From: Mytilus edulis
Taxonomy: Eukaryota
Direction: 5' to 3'
Length of the DNA: 64,000 nt
NCBI RefSeq assembly: GCF_963676685.1
Contig: NC_092352.1
Span: 56,110,001 to 56,174,000 of the forward strand
Below the pieces are notes generated by a model. That model saw only the letters and a program-made list of their open reading frames with translations. It did no database searches and was not told where the DNA came from. Of the stretch, positions 41,042-50,476 are shown one piece after another (position 1 is the stretch's first letter; each line of letters opens with the position of its first letter). The position numbers and the translations under genes were made by a program.

Positions 41042-41222
41042 GGACCCGACACAAATATCAATTTCGTGTTTCGGTAGTTAAGCTTGGGATGGTCATTTTA
41101 AGATGCATTATTTGAATATAATCAAATATGAAAATTATTCATGTTTATATTGATATATTTATATTTTAATTCTTCTTCAATATATCTAGTTATTATGACA
41201 GATCTACCATCATCAGGGGTCC
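41042..41222 (-). ncRNA. Type I hammerhead ribozyme with ~126-nt loop II
   Basis: Minus strand GGACCC-CUGAUGA-U-GGUAG-[126 nt]-CUACC-GAAAC-ACGAAAU-UGAU-AUUUGU-GUC^GGGUCC. All core residues present and stems I, II and III pair. Predicted cut between 41048 and 41047. Confidence 0.8.
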
Positions 41223-41227
41223 AACTG

Positions 41228-43171
41228 TCAATTTAATGTTAAAGTCTTTAACTTTGATCTACTAAGCATATCTCCAATACTTTTATGTTTGCTATACGCA
41301 ACTATTGGTGCTGTATTGAATATTTGTACAAAGTCTTCGTCGAACTGTAATAAATGCCAGTGTTTCATTATACGTTTCTTTATTTTAAGTATAATATATG
41401 GATTATATTTAGTTATTAAAACTAACGGAATACTTTGCTTCTCTTTAGATTTGTTTTGTTGTAATAAATCAGTACGGTCAATTGATAAAGCATCAGTAAT
41501 ACTATCATCTATTTCCACGTTATCATAACCCCTATCTAATAATTTCACTTTAAAATTAGTTAGATTGTTTATTAATTTGTTATGGTCACTTGTATTTCTA
41601 ATTTGTCGTATTGCTTCACCTTTTATAAATCATCTGAATACATGCTGTGAGTGACAGCTATTTCTGTGCAGAAACAGATAAGAATTTGTTTCTTTAAAAT
41701 GTATTTCGAGGTCAAGAATGCCATATGTTGTAAATCTTTGACCTTTAATTACATCAACATCCAAGAACGACATGTTATCGTTTTTGATTTCATAGGTAAA
41801 CTTTAATAAAGGGTTATAATCATTTACTAGACGAAAAAAAATCTTTAATTTCATCTGATGTTCCATCATTTATTATGAATCCATCGTCTCTATATCTGCC
41901 ATGATAGAATATTTTGTCTTTATATTGAAATGCAGAAATAATTTGATTCATTGTTTCAAACATAAGTATGTCACAGATTTCCGGTGAAGGAACTGCACCA
42001 ATTGCCGTACCTATTACTTGTTTGTAAATTTTCCCATCAAATTCAAATACATTGTTTTCTAAAATAATTCTCAACAAATGTATTAATACATTGACTGGCG
42101 GAGCATTGCCTTTGAAGTTTGATTTGTCAAAACTGTCATAGGCTCGTTCAACCGCACTCAATAACGCTTCTTGAGGTAGATTAGTAAACATCTGTGTTAT
42201 ATCATATGAAACCAAAAGGCTGTTTGCTATAGGTTTTAATTTCTCAATGATATTAATGAACGATGTAGTATCTTTTATATATGTAGACTGATTTTGAACC
42301 ATTGGTATAAGAAAATAGTCAACGTAATGACCTATAAGTTCAGTTACAGAACCACACTGTGATATAACTGGTCTACCAGGTGGAATTATATTTAATCCAT
42401 CATGTATTTGTTTAAACGTCTCTGTTTCAAGACGGTGAATTTTTGGGAGAATATAAATTCTCCCTAATCGTGCATCTCTTAATTTTTGACCATTTGTTAA
42501 AAATTTAAATGATATTTTTTCGATTATGCCTTGGTCGTATAATGATTTAATATACTCAATGACCTGGATTTTCAGTTCTGCCATGTTAAATGAATTTAAT
42601 TGGCAGTAATGTTAAGTATTTAGTTGTCTTGTGACTTCTGTTATGTAGTCTAGCCTGTCTAAAATAACACAATTTGAATTTTTATTTGCCTTTTTTATTA
42701 CTATTGTTTCATCATTTTTCAAATTGCGTAGCGCTATTCTTTCGCCCTTAGTAAGATTGTTTTTTACATTTCTTTCTATTGGTAGAAAAGACAATTCTAG
42801 CTTGGTTAAATCTATGTAATTTTCCAACGTATGGCACGTAGAGGCAGGTTTATATCCTGTATTGCTACGAAATGGATGAAGGTCAGTTTTTTCTTGACTG
42901 AACATATACCGACTTCGTAATTTTCTAGCAAATTCATTGTAGTCTTTTAGTATAGACATTTTTGCATTTTTGCTTGATGGCGTTGGTATAAATTTTCAGC
43001 CTTTCGCCAACAGGATATATTCCTGATTTGATAATCTGCGTTTTGATATATTAATTACATGCTTTTTTGCATGTGCAGTTCTTTGCTGCATATTGTATTT
43101 ATTCCGTTCTTTTTTTTATTGTAGAATCGGAATTTTTGCTTTTTAGCATTTCTATTAAAACGACGTGCCAT
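41228..43171 (-). pseudogene. PLE reverse transcriptase, ~645 aa, RT only
   Basis: VINIS..LS.QEYILLAKGLKFIPTP, IVIKKANKNS..VILDR.DY, YILPKIH, GRPVIS, SYDITQMFTN, YKQVIGTAIGA, GRYRDDGF, FLDV, FIKGEAIR, AYSKHKSIGDMLSRSKL then stop. Two nonsense codons (42612-42614, 41630-41632) and homopolymer frameshifts. Confidence 0.88.
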
Positions 43172-43450
43172 TTTTGAGTTCACATTGGGTGATTCTCTTA
43201 GCTACGTGCCTTTGTTGAGCTCACATTGGGTGGCTGAAGAATTTTTAGGTTCACACATGTTATAAACCTTGAAAGAAGATCCGCCCAAATGCACGTGGGT
43301 TGATAGGGGTGACATTAAAATAGAAGGATTAAAATTACCAGGATGGGGGGGAGGAGAGATTATAGAAACCAAATTATGCATGTTTGCAGATGACACCCAG
43401 GTATTTAATAAAAATGAAAAATCTGTAGAAAATAATTTTAAAATTTTGTC

Positions 43451-44173
43451 ATATCCAGAAATCAACGCCACTTTGCTTATTTGAATATTATACTAAAGAA
43501 ATCGGATACGGGTCACGGAAATTACATTAAAATGATAGGAAATTTTGAAAAAATGTCTGTTTTAATTTAAATTTAAGTGATAGACAGGTTGCCGGGGCAG
43601 AAAATGAATATACACAACAATATACATCATTGAAAGGAAACATAATGACTGTTGTTGCAAAAATATAGGTTCCTGAGCTATTTTAAAAATCGAAGCGAGA
43701 GGCTTTTAACATTGCAGTGTAAAATACAGACTAAAATGGCTGAAACGTCAAATTTGCAAACTTCGTGTTGAAAATTGGCTTACAAGGTCATTACAAAACC
43801 AGGTTGCCGGGGTGAAATTTGAAACTTGAATTTCCAAAGAATACGCAAGTCCAAACCTTGTATGTGTAGTCGTTGAACTATAGGTTCCCACGTAAAGTTA
43901 AAATTTCACTATTTCAAGAAGAAAAAACTCACGAAAGCACGAAAAAATTCACTAAATTCGCGTTCATTGTTTTGATTTTGACCGCCTGACAACTTTACGG
44001 AAATATCAAAGTAATTGTAAATAAGGACTCTGTGACGGGCAACTTATAATATCCGTGTTTTAAAGATTTTAATGATATCAAGCCAGTCCAGTTCAATCTT
44101 CTATCACGTGGTACAATTCTCATTTACATATTATGAATATTAATTAGCAAAACCACTACTTATTTCTGGCTAT
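43451..44173. mobile_element. Non-autonomous TIR DNA transposon (possibly Academ-like) inserted in the LINE RT
   Basis: 3-bp TSD GTC (43448-43450 / 44174-44176); imperfect ~40-bp TIRs ATA(T/G)CCAGAAAT...TTTGCT.ATT. Removing it restores FKILSLYEKASG. Confidence 0.8.
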
Positions 44174-47100
44174 GTCCTTATACGAAAAAGCTTCGGGTTC
44201 TAAAACAAACTATGACAAAACACAAGGCTTACTATTAGGGGTTTCTAAAAGAAAACGATTTAAATTTGATAAAATCAAATGGATCACAGGAAATGTTAAA
44301 ACATTAGGGGTGTTATGAAATAGATGACGATGATATTTGGAGAAAAATTATAGAAAAAGTTAAAAATTGTATACATGTATGGAAAAGTAGAAAGCTTACA
44401 TTTAAAGGTAAAACACTTATAGTAAAAAATATGATACTTTCTCTTTGTTCTTACGAGATCGAAATACGAGAAATTTCGGATAAATACACTAAAGAGCTAA
44501 ATAATATGATTTGGAACTTTATATGGGACGGAAAAGTGAACCAGGTAGATAGAAATATCTGCTGTTTGGATGAAATAAAAGGGGGGATGGGAATGGTAAA
44601 TATAGATACGTTTATAAAACGTAAACAAACAAAACTTGTATATCGTTTAATTCAGGAGCCATTGGAAAGCTGGAATGCGATCGGTAAGTATTGGCTTCGG
44701 AAATTTGACGAAAAATATAATGATGCCTTTTTTGTATGTAAATGTTCAAGTTTAAATGGTTTAGATATGAACCAACTACCACAATTTTATCAGAAAATTA
44801 TAGATACGTGGTCAGGATTCATTCAAAAGGTTGATTCACCTCCATATAAAAGTGCTATTTTAAATACGAGGATATTTGGAACTCTTCTATTCGCTTCAAA
44901 AATAAACCATTGTTTTACTCTTCTTTTTTAAAAAGCGGTATCACAACTATCCAGGACATTTGGAATTCAGAAACTACAGATTTCATTAGCTGTAATGAAA
45001 TTTATAGGAAGCTGATTGATCGGCGAAATTGTATTTCCGAATTTTCAAAAATAAAACAGGCAATTCCTAAAGATTTCGTGCAAATTTTGAAATCTTGCAG
45101 AAACCAGAATTTCCATAATGAAAGTAAATTAAATATCAAATGACTTTGAGATCATTAACTTAAACAACCAAAAAATCAAACCATCAAAGTTAAAACTCAA
45201 TTGTATTCGTACGGTTTTAAATAAAGATGTATCTCCAAAATGTCAAATTAAGTGGGAGGAAATATTTGGAACAAATATACCTTGGGAAAATATGTGGTCG
45301 GGATTGAAAAATTTGAAAATTGAAAATAAAGTAAAAGAATTCCAATGGAGATCCTTGCACAATAATTTATATACTGAAGAAAAATTTTAAAAAATGAAGA
45401 CATCACATGGAAAATGCCACATTTTTTCAAAATGACAATAATATAGAAACCCTGCAACACTTATTTTTCAGTTGTTGTACATCACAGTTAATTTTTAAAA
45501 ACCTCCAAGAAATACTGATCAAATCAAACATAGAAAAAAACAATCCGTTTGGTGAAAAGGACGTTTAATTGGGTAAAAACACAGGAGAACTAAAATATGA
45601 TAATTTTTTAAACATAATTATCTTATATTTTAAATGGACACTATGGAAAATTAGGAATTCAATAAAATTTAACAAAACGCCTAAAACAACACAAGATATT
45701 TATAAAATCTGGAAACAAAACTTGAAAATTAATCTTAAATTTGTTCTTCTTTTGAAAGGCGTTGATATCATTGATAAGACAAAATTGGAGTCTGTAATAA
45801 AGAAAATTTAGACATTTAATATGGTATAATATAGCTTGATTCAAAGTACATTTTTTATGGTTTATAGTATTAGAATATCGATTGTATCAATTTATATAAA
45901 CATAAAAAAAGTGATCAAAAAGTATTAGCTTATCATGTTTATTGTAGTAAATGCACATCTTTTATGTGGGTATCTTATACTTATTTACTTACTATTTTGT
46001 ATTAAAGTATAGAACTGTTAGATGCTTCTAACATTATATGGTTATATTTTTTACACTAAATGTAAATCCAAGGTTAAAAGTGGACTACTTTTTTTATTGC
46101 CTTCTATTTCCCCTGGATAGACGGTTTCACTTTGTAAACAGGGACCCTTAGCCTGATCCTGGACGACTAAGGTAATTGTATACAGGAAATATTTAGGAAT
46201 AAAACGTTTATATGTCTCCCAAAAAATGTATCAATTCAATATATTTCAGTTTGTGTTATTGGTGTATCAAAAACATTGATGTACGAATATAATTTCATAA
46301 ATTTGAAACGTTTAAAGTGATTACATACCAATATAAAGAACCGTTCATCATTTTTGAAAAAGACTATGAATGAAAATCAGATTATTTATCTTCCCTTGAT
46401 GATAGATTGATTGGGAAATGAACCGGAGTTATCTAATGGTAATCACAGAGGGGGACTAGCAAGCAATTTTTAATTGTAGCTTATTCAACGTTAGAACAAT
46501 TTTTCACTATAAACGAATGTTACTTTATACACATATAAGGACTTTGTTAGCTAAATCTACAAATTTTATTAGATATTATGATTTTTTATTACAATAGATT
46601 TATATGCTATCAGTTATTGTACTACATGTATATAAAGTTAGGCATTTAAATGTATTTGTATCGAAGGTGCTCACAGTTAAGGCTAATCGTAGTTATTCAC
46701 ATTAGGCCTAGGCTTATTGGATACAGTTGGTAGCTCCTATGTTTATTACATATATTGATATGTTGTTGAGTCGAAGAAACCGGTACAACAAAGTAAAATA
46801 AAATATTGTATTGCAAGACAAAACGTGTGTTACTGCGAGCAACTGATCCTATTTCTGTGTTTGTCATGTTTCAAGCCTATTGAGTTAGAAGAAGCAACAC
46901 ATAAAATTCGGACAAACAGTGCGATAGGGAATTTAATTTGTATCATATCTATCAACTTTGATTTTATATGCTTACTTTAATAACCCCTAAGCTATCATGT
47001 TTGCCATGTTTCAAATCTTACAGAAAAGGTAACTTTACATTAGTACACGTGGTACATTTGAATACATTAAGAATTTTATCACTGCATCGAGTGTGATATG

Positions 47101-48001
47101 GTTTTTCTCCATTCAAAGATAGATATGTTTTTACATTGAAAACGCGAGGCTTGCCGGTCATTCTATATAATTATATGTTACTGTCGAAAGAGGATAAATA
47201 TCGTATATCACAAGATGCAGTGGTATAATCTTAATAGATACATTGTACCTCGGTATAATCTGGTTCCCTAATTATTTAAATGCGAAAGATATACAAGCTT
47301 TATTTTTACTCTCAACAAATTTCACGATCCGCCGACAAAATAGTTGATATCATTTGGGCATGCTTACTGAAGCAAATTCAGATGAAAGCAAAATGAATTG
47401 ACATCATAATTCAATTTTGACCAATAAAGAACTGAAAGCATACAAACAATTATATATATATATAGATTTCATTTTTTATTTTTAAAGAAAATTATTCTTT
47501 CATCCTATTTGAACAGTGTAATTTATGAAGAACACCCAAGGATTCTTCTTTTTAACTATTTTGATAATGAGTTCTCTCATTACATTATATATGTATTAAG
47601 GTCATCCTACTTTAAGGAAGGTAAATCTAAAAGATGGAAACGTTTAGTTCAGCTGTTTAATCGACGTGTTTATATATCTGAAGTTACTTTCTTTTCTTAA
47701 CAATTCACCTGACATCAATGAAACTCACTTTTAGAAACACATCTAAGATTTAAAAGGATAAAATTCTCTGCTGATGCCTTCACAATATTTCAACTCGCAT
47801 CAATACAAAATATCGTTGAACATATTAAACCACAGGCCTAACTAAATTTAGTTTTTATCAATTCATTAAACACTTATTTCATTAACCATTATCTTTTCTT
47901 TGTTTAGGTTATGTATATTAACTCATCATAGATAACAGGACTAAATTTAGTATACGCCAGTTCACAAATAAATCATTCTTTGACATGAAGAAAAATAAAC
48001 T

Positions 48002-48450
48002 GATAAAATTGAGAATGGAAATGGGGAATGTGTCAAAGAGACAACAACCCGACCAAATAAAAAACAACAGCAGAGGGTCACCAACAGGTCTTCAATGTAG
48101 AAATTCCCGCACCCAGAGGCGTCCTTCAGCTGGCCCCTAAACAAATATATACTAGTCCAGTGATAATGAACGCCATACTAATTTCCAAATTGTACACACA
48201 AGAAACTAAAATTAAAATAATACAAGACTAACAAAGGCCAGAGGCTCCTGACTTAGGACAGGCGCAAAAATGCGGCGGGGTTAAACATGTTTGTGAGATC
48301 TCAACCCTCCCCCTATACCTCTAACCAATGTAGAAAAATAAACGCATAACAATACGCACATTAAAATTCAATTCAAGAGAAGTCCGAGTCTGATGTCAGA
48401 AGATGTAACCAAAGAAAATAAACAAAATGACAATAATACATAAATAACAA
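48002..48450 (+). repeat. Dispersed repeat family C (GATAAAATTGAGAATGGAAATGGGGAATGTGTCAAAGAGACAACAACCC...)
   Basis: Head also at ~28816-28864; internal part similar to ~22350-22460. Confidence 0.65.
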
Positions 48451-48464
48451 TAATAATGTCTTAC

Positions 48465-48519
48465 CTGCAGAAATTTCAAACATGAAGAACAGCAAACATA
48501 CCAACATTTTTGTGTGCAT
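48465..48519 (-). CDS. Secreted Cys/Thr-rich protein, exon 1 (signal peptide)
   Basis: ATG at 48519; MHTKMLVCLLFFMFEISA-G with a phase-1 donor GCAG|GTAAGA that matches the phase-1 acceptor of exon 2. Confidence 0.65.
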
Positions 48520-48592
48520 ATTGCTTGCTCCTAACAGTATGTCTTTATCAAATAAATTCAGTGGACAATGTGAATAAATAGAATGGAGGATC

Positions 48593-48600
48593 TTTAAATA
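48593..48600 (-). promoter_or_regulatory. TATA-like box (TATTTAAA) upstream of exon 1
   Basis: Minus-strand TATTTAAA ~75 nt upstream of the ATG. Position only; weak evidence in AT-rich DNA. Confidence 0.35.
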
Positions 48601-50231
48601 CATACCTTATGTGCGTAATTTGCTTGAGTTTTTCTCAAACCTGTTGCAAATTACAACTGCCTTGATGACTAAATCAATTGTTAATACATTTTTAGTTTCT
48701 TAATTACTAGTGTGGGCACAAACATGTGTTGTCTGATAAATTTGTAAATTATAAAGCCAGCTGGTCCATATTTCTCCAAAATACGAAATTAAAATTTGGC
48801 CAATTTGGACACTGCTTTACATTGAAATACGTCTACAAAAAATGTCCGGAAGTCCTACATGTTAATACTGAGTGCAACCTCTCAGGGTGGGAAATGTGGT
48901 TCTACAAATATGTTGTGTTTTGTTATTCTCAAACTCACAGGAGCTACATGACTGCTAAATATTTAAATTTATTTTTCTGTAAAAGAAAGGAACTTCTTTA
49001 TAAGTAACAATCACATTGCGTATTACAAATTTGAACATTAGGTTTAAAGTGACTTATAGGTCCAACGGGCCGGGTGTAAATTTATTTAATTACTGTATTC
49101 TTATTATGTAATATTATATATACTACACATGTCACTATAATAAATGATATACTTACTTACTTACTTACATGAAACTAAAATAAAATTTTGGAATTGAAAA
49201 ATAAAATGTTATTGAATCTTTGGAATATGGATGTTATGTAAGGATTAGTGTGTCAGTGAAAATGTATGATAAGATACTAAAATTGTAATGATTATATTAA
49301 GTGTCTGTTTATCCTTATGTGTTTTGTACAATTTACACGATTTTCTACTGATTATGGCAATGAAACTCATCAGTAGACTTTTTGTTTAGCTTTTTTTTTC
49401 ATCATGCTGAAATTAATAATCAAAAAGAAGAATTATTGTCAATTATGTTGAAATTTAAATTTGATGCAAGAAGTGAGTGTATACAATTGATATGACCAAA
49501 TTTTGGTTTTCGTTTGTTTTGCATTCATAAAAAAGTAAAGGAAATTAATAAATTCGTCCCCTCGAACTCCGGTTAAAAATACATCCGCATACAATCCAAA
49601 ATGTGACAATTTTACCATGTTTTCAAACTCCGTTTTAAAAGAAAATCACGACTCGTTCTCGAATATAAAACTTATCGGAATAACTCCAACAAAATATTAG
49701 ACAATAAAATACATATTGTTTTTTTGATATATTTTAATTGTTGACACTATAAATATGATAGAATAGATCAGTAGTTTTTGTTGATTTTTAATCAGATACA
49801 TGTAGTATATGTACATCGGAAAATGAAAAATTACAATCAATCAATATAGATATATGGCCGTTAATTACCATTTTGTTTAATGTTTCGAAAGATCGAATGT
49901 ACTTTCATACAGGAACAATACATTGATTGGAGGAATTCGAACCATTGAAAATTTTTCTATCACCTGTTGACATTTGTGGATCTTCCTGTTTGTCAACACG
50001 GATACGTGATACAATGGTTATCCGATTCCAACGACTAGTCAATGCACTTTTATTTTTCAGTTTGTAGATTTTGTAAAGCAGCTGTTGCATGTTAACAATA
50101 AAGATATGTTGTAATAGACCTGCTACGCAGTAAACTCTCATAGGGTATGATGAAATCCTTTGCAGCCTCATATGGTAATACATCAAGATGAGATCTACCT
50201 ATTGTCCCAATAAAGTCATGATATTTTTAAA

Positions 50232-50476
50232 AACAACGAGGGGGGCCATGTTGACAAAAATCAATAAATGGGAGATAACTTCTACAGGTGATGATGAAAT
50301 CCTAAAAAAAAGTTCATTTGGTAAAACTTCATGATGTGTTCTATTGATGGTTCAAATTTGGTATTGATAATTCCAATAGAAGTGGTAGGAGGGCGTGCCA
50401 AAAAAAAAATGCTGGAAGAAAAAAAAACGTTAGAAAGAACAAAAAGGTCTTTCCTCGCGTAGAGGAAAGACCTTAA
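50232..50476 (+). mobile_element. HINE-like short element inside the tandem unit
   Basis: Terminal 13-bp hairpin AAGGTCTTTCCTC-GCGTA-GAGGAAAGACCTT, repeated at ~52343, ~54242 and (reverse) ~57187. Confidence 0.55.

Larger units (their letters stand above)
40991..43302 (-). mobile_element. Penelope-like retroelement without endonuclease, inserted into the LINE RT
   Basis: Interrupts the LINE between QAKPMAC and RGDIKIEGLKLP. Carries one RT ORF and a 3' hammerhead ribozyme; no clear TSD. Confidence 0.88.
38900..45811 (+). pseudogene. LINE ORF2 (APE endonuclease + reverse transcriptase), disrupted
   Basis: LVCLQETH, GDFNC, SRIDY, FSDH; KWAEDGEKSTKYFF, KSPGEDG, NWRPLTLLNCDYK, LDQQKAFDRVEW, RQGCP, MFADDT, YEKASG. 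Several stops and two nested insertions. Confidence 0.9.
36837..46220 (+). mobile_element. Full-length L1/Tx1-clade LINE (~6.3 kb without nested insertions), antisense in intron 1 of the secreted-protein gene
   Basis: 14-bp TSD AAAAAATGTATCAA (36823-36836 / 46221-46234) at a TT|AAAA site; ORF1 plus ORF2 (APE-RT); AATAAA at 46198. Confidence 0.92.

Noticed and set aside
41020-41095. Twister-like ribozyme reading of the PLE 3' structure
   Set aside because: The same nucleotides are fully explained by hammerhead stems I and III plus a pseudoknot; the twister core could not be completed.
41630-41632. In-frame TGA in the PLE RT as a possible selenocysteine codon (as in Naiad PLEs)
   Set aside because: It falls at a position expected to be Gly (F.GFIKGE; GGA>TGA), and the ORF also has a TAA and frameshifts, so ordinary decay is more likely.
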